A stretch of DNA of 62,339 nt, counting the filler, from Bonamia ostreae (lineage: Eukaryota): assembly GCA_040357525.1 (NCBI GenBank). It is 29 parts of 29 records of this genome, joined end to end, with 100 filler letters (N's around TTAATTAATTAA, not from the genome) between each part and the next. Parts side by side here need not be neighbours in the genome. Positions count along the whole stretch, not along the records: positions 12,978 to 15,038 come from JBDODL010001081.1; positions 15,139 to 17,197 come from JBDODL010001082.1; positions 17,298 to 19,355 come from JBDODL010001083.1; positions 19,456 to 21,513 come from JBDODL010001084.1; positions 21,614 to 23,671 come from JBDODL010001085.1; positions 23,772 to 25,827 come from JBDODL010001086.1; 23 more parts are not named here. One strand, given 5' to 3'. This document shows, piece after piece, positions 13,545 to 25,927 of the stretch (position 1 is the first letter of the stretch; each line of letters opens with the position of its first letter). The notes beneath the pieces were generated by a model. It did no database searches. It was not told where the DNA came from and saw only the letters and a list, made by a program, of their open reading frames with translations. The translations under genes and the position numbers were made by a program.

Positions 13545-14092
13545 ATGGACAAAAATGAATACGATATTCAAATTTCGAAAAAAAGAAATTTGAATATCGA
13601 AGAAGAAATTGTTCTATCTAAAAATTTATCAAAGGAATATAAAGAAATATTTGATATCATCGATTTTAATGGCGACGGAAGAATTTCTGTCGAAGAACTA
13701 GAAATCGCTTTTAACGCAGTCGGAATCGATTCTTCCAATGAAGAAATTAAAGCACTTTTCGCCAAAATCGACGAAAACGGCGATGATTTTATCGACTTCA
13801 AAGAATTTTTGTCGATTCTTGTTATTTTATGTCATTTCAAGTCTCTTGTCGAAGATCCAGATCCAAACGAACTTCGAAAAATGTTTAAAAAGTTTGATAC
13901 CGACAATAGTGGAGGCTTGAACTGTGACGAACTGATGTTTTTAAAACATGTTGTCATCAAAGACACGGAATAAAATCGCTAAATATCGGAATTTTAGACG
14001 AAGAACTTAAAGAAGTTGTCGAAGAAATTGATTTTGATGAGAACAGCGAGATTTCTTATGACCGTTTCGTTGAAATGATGATGGAAAATTAA
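13545..14092 (+). CDS. Calmodulin/centrin-like protein with four EF-hands
   Basis: EF loops DFNGDGRISVEE, DENGDDFIDFKE, DTDNSGGLNCDE and DFDENSEISYDR. A 26-nt intron at 13937-13962 is needed for EF4; a 21-nt in-frame intron at 13821-13841 is probable. Confidence 0.9.
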
Positions 14093-14127
14093 ATAATGAT
14101 CTTCATTTTTTAAAATTTACGACAACA

Positions 14128-15038
14128 TCATTTATTCGCTGTCTTTTTTCTCAAGTCGTTTATGCCGTAATTGTACAACGCATCAAACAGATAATTCGGC
14201 AGCAACCCGGTCAACATCATTTGAAGTTTATGTGTCCAATACGGAATTTCGTCGCAACCATATCCAATGCACTTCATAGATGCTTCTGCGTATTCCGTAG
14301 GAGAGCATACGAAAAAACTTTTTTCCAATTTTGACAGGTTTGTGGAGATGAAGCATGGTCTTTGCGCCTGGAAATCGATTCCCAGAAGCTTGTATTCGTG
14401 GTAGAGCCCTCTTGTTAGTTGGTCGATAAACGCTTTGCTGGCAGAGTAGAGAGACACGAATGAACCCGGAAGTTTTGAAGAAACGGAGGACATGTTGATA
14501 ATGGCACCTTTGCGTTGTCCTTCGGATGTTTCGTTTTGCAGCATTACTGGCAAAAACAAATCGATCATTTCTTTGGTGGAATTTACATTGATGGCCATCA
14601 ATGAGTCTCTTTGGCATTTTTCTATCCCGTGGTAATAATCAGGGCGACTGTCTATTTTTTAACAAGTCAGAAATTTTGAAACAAGCAATTCCGACATTGT
14701 TGATTAGGATGCCGATATCATTTTTGAAGGGTTCGACAAATTCCAGCAAATCTTTTGCTTCCGATTCACCGAACGAAGAAAAATCGACCACCTTTATCCG
14801 AACTTGGACTTTTTTTGCGAAACTTTCGATTTCTGCTTTAGTTTTCTCCAATTTTGATCTTGTTCGACTAAGAAGAAGCAAGTTAAAATCTCTTTTAGCA
14901 AGTTCGAAAGCAAGAGCCTTTCCGACCCCATCTGTTGATCCAGTCACAATCGCCCATTTTTTGTAAATTTTTCTCACTTCAATTTTTAATTTTTGGATTG
15001 ATATTTTATCGCCATTAATTTGTAATATAAACGATTTT
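14128..15038 (-). CDS. Short-chain dehydrogenase, very-long-chain 3-oxoacyl-CoA reductase (KCR/HSD17B12-like), 5' partial
   Basis: WAIVTGSTDGVGKALAFELAKR; INNVGIAYSRPDYY after removing the 31-nt intron 14652-14682; catalytic YSASK. Confidence 0.9.
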
Positions 15039-15497
15039 NNNNNNNNNNNNNNNNNNNNNNNNNNNNNNNNNNNNNNNNNNNNTTAATTAATTAANNNNNN
15101 NNNNNNNNNNNNNNNNNNNNNNNNNNNNNNNNNNNNNNTCGACCGATATCTTAGTCGAAAATAATTAAAATCTTAGTCGAAAAAGTCAATAATTTATTGT
15201 TAATTGTAACAATAAGATAAAAAACTTAAAACGGTTTATTCGTATTTTTTTCGTTTTGTGTATTTTAGAGAATCCATACTCTAAATTTTTCGTTTTGTTT
15301 ATTCCTTTGGCATTTACTCCATTTTCCCAATTTATAAAATCGATTTATTTTAAAATTTATTTGCGATTTTGTTTGTACTTACAAGAATTGGTCTTTATAA
15401 ACATAATCACTGTTTCTTTTAATTTTTTGTGTATCAAAAATAGTACAAAAAGCGTGATAAAATAAATATGTGAATTGAACGATTACATAGTGTATAA

Positions 15498-16311
15498 TCA
15501 ATATATGCTCACCGATTCCGAGTACTGATCTTCGGAAGTCTGTATCAGAATCTCATCTTCCGAAACACTAATTTGCTCTTTTTCAGAATCACTATTTTGC
15601 AAATTATCTATTTTTTTGCAATCATTTTCTTGATAGACTTTAACCGCAAAAGTTTTTCCCTCGTTATCGCCGTTTGTCCCTTGTTCGCTTTCACAACTTC
15701 CCCGATCTTCTTCTGAATCACTTGGCAAAAGATTCTATTTTTGAAATAACAACTTTAATATAACTGCGGTGCAAATTCAATCTGTTTTCCGTGTTTTTTT
15801 CGTTATAAACGGGTTTAAGAAAAATTTCGCTATGCGGCCGAACATAATCTATCCTTCTGCGCTGAAAAGACATTGAGCAACGGCTGAAATCAGGATCGTT
15901 TTCCTCTGCCAGAAAACTCTCGCGCCGACCAGAATTTTTGCGTCTACAATATTTTATAATTGCAAATGCAATAATAATTGATACGATTGGCACTGCCACA
16001 AAAATAGCGACATATAGAATTGCATCACTTCTTAATCTGCAACGAATAGAGGAGATGCTGAGACTTGAATTCCGTTGCATAAAAATGCCCATTCGACACA
16101 CAAATCTTATTTTCAGAGTGTGTTCTATTCTGGATCCGTTATTGTATAATTTATAGAAAAAAGGATTCTCGCAACGCATGTCAAATGACTCGAAATCACG
16201 GGAACTAACAGATACAGATCTAATGCTTATTTTCGAACCGTATGGCGGCGAACAATTGTTTTTCGCGTTAACAAACAAGTGGAATTGAATTAGTGTCATC
16301 AAAAACGTCAT
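15498..16311 (-). CDS. Type I membrane protein: signal peptide, 4-Cys sushi/CCP-like ectodomain, TM helix, acidic tail
   Basis: Hydrophobic N-terminus, CSPP..MRCENPFFYKL..FVCRMG..IRC, TM segment ILYVAIFVAVPIVSIIIAFAII. A 19-nt intron at 15735-15753 joins the two ORFs. Confidence 0.6.
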
Positions 16312-16921
16312 TGTAGTAATTTTTGAAATTTATAGCCTGTTTCAAAAATTAACAAAATCGTTTCGGTCTGCAGCCTCATATTGTCAAAATCCCTCTAGAA
16401 GAAGGGAAACGCCTTGTACTCCTTATTTAGATAGCATTAAAGGACGGAAGATAAAACAAAATTAACTGAGAGTTTGCCAGAAACTCCAAAGCAAACACTG
16501 GTGCTGAAATTATAATTTAAGGGTCGACATCAACGACTTTAAAAATGATGGTCTTGTAAATTAAAACTAAAATTCAATGCGACAAAATCCTTTTTTTACA
16601 GAGTATCTTCAAGAGAAAACTATAATGATAAATGGAAACAACTGACGAAATCGGAAATTATTTTTATGAAATATTTTTTTGCTTCCGTGAATAAAATGAA
16701 AGGTTGGTTTACAAAATTTATAGTTTTTACAATAAAAAGATTAACGATTATATTTTTATTACGAAGGTTTTCCCCAGATGGCGTACTGGTTGTTAAATTT
16801 TACGACAAAACTTTTTAACCGGATATTACAAAAATTTTAATTTTGTCCTTATCTTACTTTTGTCGGCAGAGTTAATAGCGCATAACAAAAGATTCATATG
16901 TTTAATAGAGCATCTTCATTT

Positions 16922-17197
16922 TCAGTATATGATTGGCGAACCATCTTCAATAATATTATCTGGTAGTAATGGTTCACTTTCTTGATTATCTTGTCGTATA
17001 TTTTCTTGATTTCCTGATGGTGATTCATTACGTTCTTTATTTTCAATTTCTTCATTATAATATGCTGCACATGTTACAGAGACTGCAATAAATACCATAG
17101 AGGCAAGTATGCAAACAAAAAACACAATCGGCAAAACTTTTGGGACAACTAAGATTTAATTATTAAACCTTTGTCAATTTTATCCTTGTAAACAGTT
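16922..17197 (-). CDS. C-terminal part of a membrane protein (5' partial)
   Basis: TM segment VLPIVFFVCILASMVFIAVSV followed by an acidic tail; 20-nt intron at 17149-17168. Confidence 0.5.
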
Positions 17198-17558
17198 NNN
17201 NNNNNNNNNNNNNNNNNNNNNNNNNNNNNNNNNNNNNNNNNTTAATTAATTAANNNNNNNNNNNNNNNNNNNNNNNNNNNNNNNNNNNNNNNNNNNNCAT
17301 ATGCAGGCGATAATTAAACAATGCTACATAGATGTAGAAAGTTACCAATGGAACAGATCAGTGTTTTTCTCAATGGAACATCACCAAGCTTGCCCACTTT
17401 TCAAACTGATTTATCTTTCAATTCATTGTCATTGTTAAGTTGATAAGAACAGTAAAACATATCTCAGTTGTAGAGATCAATCATTGTAATTCTATTTTTC
17501 GGATTACGACTCGAAGCAATATGACATATATTAATTGCTTATGCATTATCTTTATCAG

Positions 17559-18309
17559 GCTGTGGTGGCTATCAAACAATGCAATCATGGATACTGTGTC
17601 GCCTGCTTGAGGAATATGTCGGTTGTCGCATCTGATGTAGACACCGTTAACTGTAAAATGACATTTTGCCAAAACAAAGTACCCAAGCAAATCATAAATA
17701 GATTTTTAACAAAACTGCAGGATACTCATTTCATGGTAGGTATTATTCTTATCATTTATGCATTAAATTTGGTATTACAAGATGTGCATATTTCAACTTT
17801 TTTTCAAAACATACCCAATTCAATTGAACGAGAACGAAATGGTATGATTTTATAACCAAGCTAAATGAATATTTTGGTACAGACACCAGTATGCCTGAGT
17901 TTAAGTCCTGTTCAGTGTTTTAAATGCAAACAGCATAACACAAAGGATCCTACGAAGGTTAGAAAATGTTTTAAAAAAAAGAAATTATCTCGCTCTTGAA
18001 GATCTAAAATGGATTAAAATGTTTGATATATGTAAATCTTTCATACTGTATTCGCTATATCCACATTATGATTGCATAGTACTATTGATTTTAAAGGCAA
18101 GACTGCGGAACATACGTTGTTGCTACGATCATGCCTTTTGTCTTGAATGTTTGTCAGTCGTCATACCAAGCTACAATGATCAGAATGCAAGTTGTCAAAC
18201 AGAAGCCATGGATGAAAAATGGATTTGCCCAGTCAAAAAATGCAAAATCAAAACACCCTTTCGATGTGTTGTACAAATGAGAAATGCAGTTACAAATTCC
18301 AATGGACTG
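17559..18309 (+). CDS. Exons of a tandem RING-type zinc finger protein (probable animal host gene)
   Basis: Exons 17559-17735, 17883-17957 and 18097-18309 encode CNHGYCVAC..CKMTFC and CFKC..CYDHAFCLEC..CPVKKC. Donors are GTAGGT, GTTAGA and GTATTT; introns are about 140-150 nt. Confidence 0.65.
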
Positions 18310-19520
18310 GTATTTGGTTTATTTTTACCGAGTAAAAATTGCGATATGAAGCTTTTAGTGATAATGATACAATTTAGTATATTATTGTATATTACAGTAC
18401 TAGTAAATTAGTGTTAAGAATAGTAGGCTATGTTATTCTGGAGTACCGAAGCGATTGATGTATATACGTATTGCTTTGGTATTGTCGTCTGTTCGTTTGT
18501 CACAATTCATATTTGGGATGCAACTTGGTTTTCCTTGGATAGAATGAATTGAACTAAATACTACGCACTTGTCGTGTTTGCATGATCTACTCTTACTCTC
18601 TACATGAAATATGTGTTTAAAATTTCAACCAGGAATTTATTTGGACGATATCGCAATGGTCAATATAGCCAATTTGTTCATGTGATAATCATTGTTGAGA
18701 TATCATGCCATCGTTGTCCATGCTTTGTCTATTAAAGTCTAAATTTAATTTTGCACATTTTTAGTCAAATCATCAAACTTTGTTAGAGCACAGTGGGTAT
18801 ATTTTAAAAGAGAAGTGCAATGTTAAAAAAGAAATTAGAAATGCGTTTCATATTTCTCAAATAATAGCCACCTTTCTTTTTCCGACAGTGAATTTTAAAA
18901 GTGAAGTACAAAAAACTTAAAAAAGAAGGTCAGAAGTTAGATTAGATATGCTCCTTTCATAATTAAAGGATTTCTCAAATCAATAACCACCTTTCTTTTT
19001 TCCGAATGATACCGGCTTTATGAAACGCCATGCAAGCACCTATACTTGTGTTTTGGACTGATGCTGATCACAACAATTTCATCAGTGTATGAATGATAAT
19101 GTGCATGTAATTGTAATATTTCTTACAAATGGTATTATATTCCTTGTATACATCAGTCAATGTGATTAGCATGGATTATAATTGACTCGGTAAGCAACCA
19201 TACCACACCATCGACTGAAGCCAAAAACAAAAACGGTGTTAAAAACCTTGAAGTCAAAATAGATTTTTCTATGCACATGGTGTGATCTTTTGATACCATC
19301 ATTCCTTTACTTACTATGCATGCTCTGTTATACTTGTAAAAAGTCTATTTAATAANNNNNNNNNNNNNNNNNNNNNNNNNNNNNNNNNNNNNNNNNNNNT
19401 TAATTAATTAANNNNNNNNNNNNNNNNNNNNNNNNNNNNNNNNNNNNNNNNNNNNACAAACATCATGAAATAGAAGAATAAGATAGCACCTTAAAATGCT
19501 GCCATAAAATAGAATGACAT

Positions 19521-19578
19521 TTGGATTTCCGCCACTTGCTACGAAGTGAACTCTCTGCCACTGAACTACCGCGACCGG
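19521..19578 (-). repeat. Degenerate tRNA-like (SINE head) fragment in a host-like contig
   Basis: The minus strand reads GGTCGCGGTAGTTCAGTGGCAGAG, resembling an A-box/D-arm. There is no intact T-arm or acceptor stem. Confidence 0.3.
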
Positions 19579-22109
19579 TTATAAATAACCATCAAAATGT
19601 TACAAAGATAACAATAAATCAAAACATTCTAGATCTCTTTCAATGGTACATGTAAACTTATTTTGCTGACATTTTATCCACAGTATCACTATCTTCTTGA
19701 TTCAAAGCAACTCCGAATGCTACATTGCTACGCTTAAATTGCTTAGAAAAATCGAAGGATGAAAGAACTGAACTACTCATAAGGACAAATTAATTAATCA
19801 GTCCTTTGTCTATTCAAATCTAACCACTTTTACTATAGGTTGGTAAGTGGACCAAGTATTGAAGAAAACTTTGGAGAAAATACTCTGTAAAACCCAGCCA
19901 TGATAAAAACATCTCATTAGGAATTAGAGACTTTGCGACGGCTTCCAGTTTAGCCGTAATAGGTGTATCGCAAACTATAAACTTATTAACATTAATACAT
20001 GTAAAATTGATCGCTGTACGTTATCTTCGTTTTTAATAACATTTGTCTTGTCAAATGGACATCACATATATTATCTATCGATATGGCATGGAAAATCAAA
20101 GCGCCTTAAGCATATTTCTCCAACTAGTGATGCACTAAATATGCTTATAAATCAGGCTTACTATCAGGTACTGACGTGGAGAATATACTGGACCAAATAA
20201 TTATAATTTGTCGTTAAATTTTTCATTGATAGAGAATTACTTTAATGTGAAAGCCTTCATTGATACTTGCATGCTTCATGGAAATTATTTACATTGAAAA
20301 GATTGAGGTCATGTACATGTATATATATCAAATAAAGATATTGCAGATGGCTCTTTACGCTGAAATTTTATTTAGTGATTTGTATAAGCACCTCGTATAA
20401 AGCATAATGTCACCATCGAAGGGGTGGTACGAACTATCAATCAATGAATTTTTTATAAAAAAAAAATTCAGGAATGCTAAAATTTTGTTTTGTTTGCAGA
20501 CAAGATATTTTAAATTCCGAATATTGAGAAGTATCATAATAACGATACAATGAAACAACAAAGATTTATTACTAACAAAACAAATATTGTGGAAATACAA
20601 TGTTGTTCAAAATACAGGTATGTATAAATCAACACATCAATTTTCACAAATCTATTTTGTTGCCGATATTTTTTTCCATGTCCCAAAACGAACACAATTT
20701 TCAAGAGCAACGAATATGTTTGACAAAACGTGATATAAAACCTGTACATGTATAAGGGTTTATTTGGCTTCTTTTATCGGGATTTACCCCATTAGGAAAA
20801 CAACACCCTAGCTGGAGGGATTCTTCTAAAGCTATATATTTACTGAGACGAATGTGACTATATTATGCAAACACCCCATTCAAAGCAAGAATAAAAGATT
20901 AAATAATACCGATAGGAAAATTGTATATTCAATATCTGATTACCTTAAATATCAATGTGAAAGAGTGTGAGCAAACTAGTCAGCAAACATGGAGGAGGTC
21001 TGATGTTCAAGGGTCCCTTGGTATGAATAAAACTGTGAACAACTTTAATTGGTTTCGGTTTCGTAGTGACAATGACACTCATGTTATTGGTGTTACATTT
21101 TGAAATTTCGATTGCATAAAAAATATAACGAGAACAATTTGAAACCGCGGGAGAGAAAACCCAGTTCTCTTTCACCCATCAAATATATCTCCTGCGTCGA
21201 ACTTTTAAAACATACACGACTATTTTGGGATATAATTGTTAGGTCTCTTTGAATGTTCGTCCAATTATTGAACAAAAAAGAAGACCAAAGTGATGAACTG
21301 TACAGATTAAGCAGATCTTCATGTTACATGATATAACATGTTTGTAAACCGAGTTGAAATAAAGATACCAGATCATTGATGGATGTAATTTATGAGTGTA
21401 CATAAAAGGTTTCTTGATATTTACAATTTAATCAATAAAATCAAGGACTCTTCAATTTCGCGAAAAAGTACTTCCATTCTTTATTCAATGTCATGACTAT
21501 GTAAACTTGCTTCNNNNNNNNNNNNNNNNNNNNNNNNNNNNNNNNNNNNNNNNNNNNTTAATTAATTAANNNNNNNNNNNNNNNNNNNNNNNNNNNNNNN
21601 NNNNNNNNNNNNNTACAAATATGAAAATAGATAATATTTAAGTAGATCGATTAATTATAATGATATTTCATATCAGACATCTTTTAAATTTAGTTTTGGT
21701 GAAAAATTTTGAAGAAAACAAAAATTTGTTTTTCAATTTTAAAAATTAGAGACTATTTTTAGAAATTGGTCCCAATCCGCGAAAAAGTTTTTTTAGATTA
21801 TCTGTAATCGACGATGGTAATATATCAGCTTTAAAAAGTACGAAAAACAGCATTTTTTGTTTGACAAATGCAAATTTTTGTGAGAGATAAAGCACTTTAA
21901 ACAAAAAATTAATATATTTTGCCAAACTTGTGGAAATTAGACAACAAAAAACTGATTTTGTTGATGAAATATTAAATTGTTTAATGGGAGTTCAGAACGG
22001 CCATTTTTTTAATTTGAAATTTTTAAAACAATTTAATTTTTATCGTTTTGAATTTTTTTAATAAAAATTGAAATTTGCTAATTTCGATCGTAAAACAAAA
22101 TGGACATAA

Positions 22110-23671
22110 CTAAAATTTATCTTCAAAATAAAAGTTAAAATCGACGAGAAGCGACAGATTGTTAATTGTAACGAAGGAATCTGTTCTCGACGACTGCAGT
22201 CTTATTTTCGATAAAAGATTTTTCGCGTTAACATTGAACAAAACGTCCAGTTCATTCAGTTTCTGTGTCGTTTCTTCGTCTGCTGCCGCCTTCTTGGCAA
22301 ATTCGGCTGACATCTTTTGGTTGAAAACGAACGATTTGTTGTTCGCTTTCTTTGCAAAATGTTTGTTGGTGAAAGCGATTTTGGCCATTGAAAGTTTGTT
22401 CATCGCGTTTTTGTAAAGACGAGAGAATTTGAGGCAAAGGTCGAGCATCGAAAAGAGGTTCTAAATTGGATGAAAAATGATAAACTTTTAGAATTGAAAC
22501 GTCAGTCAAAAATGTGTATTTGAACAATTTTAGTAAAAATTCTTCGTGGAGTTTGGTGATTTTGTCGAAGCTTTGGTTTTCCTAAATTTTTACCAAATTT
22601 TAATTTTAGTCAGATTTTTATTTATTTTCGACCAAATTTTTTTATTCTCGACTATTTTTTTTCTAAATTTTTATTGCAATTTTTTCATTTTTTATTTTGA
22701 CCATTTTTATTTAATTTCGATTAAATTTTTTTCAAAATTTTTATTTTATTCAAATTTTTATATCCAAATTCTATATTATTAAAACATTATGGATTGCCTT
22801 TATTTATAAATAAAATTCGTTTTCNNNNNNNNNNCAACAACAAGCACATTTTGGGCGCTTTCAACAATAACTTTTTGATTCCTTTTAATTCGAGCCAATT
22901 TTGTTTCAATTGCAAATTTGCCTAATTAATTTTTCAATTTTTTTTGTAAATTTTTTGTAAATTTATATCTCGTTTTTATTGTATTTTTAGTCATTTAATC
23001 ATTTGATCTCAAAAACCTGTTTTAACAAGAAAATAAATCTGAAAAGCAAATTGTATTTGAACATTGCCGATTTGGTGAAAAACAAATTAAGTGGCCATTT
23101 CGATTCAAATTTGAACCCAATTGAAACAATGTCTTTAAATGAATCAAATTGCCTCCGAAAATTCTCATCCATTTTTTTGTTCATAACCGTTTCTCTTTAA
23201 ATCAAAATAACATTTTTAAACAAATTTTAAACAATTTTAAACAAATTTTAAATATGTTTTAACAAATTTTAAACAATTGCGCTACAAAGTCGTGATGCCA
23301 AACAACAAAATCGAAATTATCCGGTAACACGAAACGTCCAGATTCTTCCGAGACATCTTGACTGAAATAATTGGCGAATTCTAAAATCCCAAAATTAGCA
23401 AAGCTTCGATTTTCCAAAAGTGATATCATGTCCAAAAAGAAATCACCTCTTTCCAAAAAGAATATTTTTCTAAATGTTCTTTTTTTCAATTTTTGTTATA
23501 AAAGTTTTGTTATAATAGTTTAAATAATTTTTCGATCAATTTTTCTTCAATTTTCAGAATTTTTAACAATGTTTTGTTTATTTTAACATAAAATGGTTCA
23601 ATTTGTTCTTTTATTCTGTAATTTTTAAAAATTTGATTTTTGCAACAAATTTTGATAAAATTTAAATTCGG
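22110..23671 (-). CDS. TUBGCP4: Gamma-tubulin complex component, GCP4-like (Spc97/Spc98 family), partial, multi-exon
   Basis: FFLERGDFF, KWPLNLFFTKSAMFKYNLLFRFIF and C-terminal NNLSLLVDFNFYF. There is an internal 10-N gap at 22825-22834. Confidence 0.75.
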
Positions 23672-23771
23672 NNNNNNNNNNNNNNNNNNNNNNNNNNNNN
23701 NNNNNNNNNNNNNNNTTAATTAATTAANNNNNNNNNNNNNNNNNNNNNNNNNNNNNNNNNNNNNNNNNNNN

Positions 23772-25031
23772 GACCAAAATTTTGATTATTGGCTAAATTT
23801 TGTTGCCCAAATTGGCCAAAATTTTGATTATCGTGAAAATTTTGTTGTCCAAATTGACCAAAATTTTGATTATCAACAAAATTTTGTTGTCCAAAATGTC
23901 CAAAATTTTGATTATCGACAAAATTTTGATCGTATCGACGATTTTTAAAACGTTCGTTCAAAATTGGCGGGAAATAACTTTGTTTATAAGAAAATCTGTT
24001 TTGACCAAAATGCAATTTTCTAAAATTCTTTTTCTTGAAAACATTTTGTCGATGATAATTCAACAAATTTTTTTGTTTCCTCAGATTTCTTACGTTTGCT
24101 TTTGTTTCGAACAAACGGATTTCCAAAGAACTGCCGTCGAGATCGTGCAACTTTTCGTCCAAAACGTCTTTTGCCGATTTTACAAGTTCTTAAAATTTCA
24201 AAAAAAAACGGAAAACGACAATCGCTTGTTTCAGATTTTTCTTCAAAACAATCGAATCGACTTTGCCATATCGTTCAAGATAAAATTTTAGCTGTTGCTT
24301 CGTGCAATTTTCCGGCAAATTTTCCACAATCAGTTTTTTCCTTTTGAGCTCAAGTCTTTTCGAGATAATTCTGTACCGCGAAAAAAACTGTTTTCTTTTC
24401 AGATTCTGCGCCGGTTCTGTTTTGTTCTCTAATTCTGCAAAATTTTGCTTTTGCAAAAAAAACTCGTTAAAGATTTTTCATCGTTTAGACAAATCGGAAG
24501 CACTTTTGTGAGCTTCAGAAGATTATTTTCCAAAACAATTTTTGCAATTAAAGCTTTGAAATTGTGTTTTTTCTCGCAGAATTCGACGAAACCGAATCCC
24601 ATCGATTTCTGTTCGACGTCTCTGACGATTCTGCAATCTTTGATTTGGCCGAAGACCTTCAAAGCGGAGACCAGACTTTCGTCTGTGGCGGAGAGCGGAA
24701 TGTTTTGGACACAAATTCGAGTTGATTTTTTTATTCTTTGCGGATAACCGCACTTTCTGATATCGAGTTCGCGTTTTTCTGATGTCGTTTTTCTGATATC
24801 AATGTCCGAGGATTTGTTTTCGAAGAAAATGTCGGAATCGGTTTTGTCGTATGTTAGGAACGACTTGTTGACTTTTCTGCTCGCGAATAGAACGACTGCG
24901 AAATTTGCGGATTTGGTTTTTCGGAGTTTTAGTGATTTTATTTTTCCGTGTTTTTCGAGTCGTTGCGAAAGTCCGGTTTCGTCGATGTTGGATGGAATGT
25001 TGCCGATGAAAACTTTGTATTTTATGCCCAT
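23772..25031 (-). CDS. Multi-RRM RNA-binding protein with a Q/N/F/G-rich repeat tail (3' partial)
   Basis: Three RRMs (VFIGNIP; ICVQNIP..SMGFGFVEF; LIVENLP); 21-nt intron at 24189-24209; one unresolved frame change near 24450. Confidence 0.85.
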
Positions 25032-25413
25032 TTGGATAAATTTTTGGATAATTTAAGATTTTTTGTTGTTTTAAATTTTAGCTTTTCAAATTATTGCTTT
25101 TTTGTGGTTTGTTTTGGTTTAAATTGAGTTTGGTTTTCGAAAAGATCGCAATTTTTGTTTTGTCGCAACAGAACGACTTTTAATTTTTTGTTTTAAGGAC
25201 AAATAACCAAAAATTTAGAGAAATCTGGTTTCAACTCAAAAAACGGAATCTAAAAAGAAATTGCTTTGTCATTAAAAACAGATAAATTTAAATTTAAATG
25301 TCGCCCTTTTCCGAAAGACATTTTGCTAAACTTATTTGAGACTAAAAATTGCAACGTAAAATATTTGAACTTAGCCTAATTAACAATTTCTTTAATATTT
25401 TTTGAATTCCAAA

Positions 25414-25680
25414 ATGGCCAACAATAACATAAAATTTGATAAGAAATTTCTATTTGAAGTAATTTTATTAAATTAAAAGACTGTTTTAGACAGCACAGTC
25501 GAATGCTGGAAATTGTGCATGGGCGACAAACAACACAAAAATGGCCCTGTAATTGAAAACTTTAATCCCAATTTGTCAAAACCTGAAAGAAAATGTTTAC
25601 AAAATTGCTTTAATGTACACAAACTTTCTTCTGACATTATTTTTGTCGAATTAAGTAAAATTTCTGCGCATGGAAAATAG
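25414..25680 (+). CDS. Small Tim chaperone (twin CX3C, Tim8/Tim13-like) of the mitochondrial intermembrane space
   Basis: Removing the stop-containing 21-nt intron 25459-25479 gives ..ECWKLC..LSKPERKCLQNCFN... Absent from the ORF track. Confidence 0.8.
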
Positions 25681-25927
25681 ACGAATAAATTTTTATATTC
25701 AATTTTTTCATATTTGAAATTTTTATTTTAAAATTTTATAGTCCAATAATAATTTACGACGACCGATAAAAAGTCCGATATTTATATAAAAACAATGTCC
25801 GAAAACGGATTTAAAAAATTTATAACANNNNNNNNNNNNNNNNNNNNNNNNNNNNNNNNNNNNNNNNNNNNTTAATTAATTAANNNNNNNNNNNNNNNNN
25901 NNNNNNNNNNNNNNNNNNNNNNNNNNN

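Noticed and set aside
16402-16424. GCCTTGTAC hairpin as U5 snRNA loop 1
   Set aside because: The invariant UUUU is broken, the stem is short and there is no Sm site. The similar CGCCTTTTAT at about 41399 has no stem.
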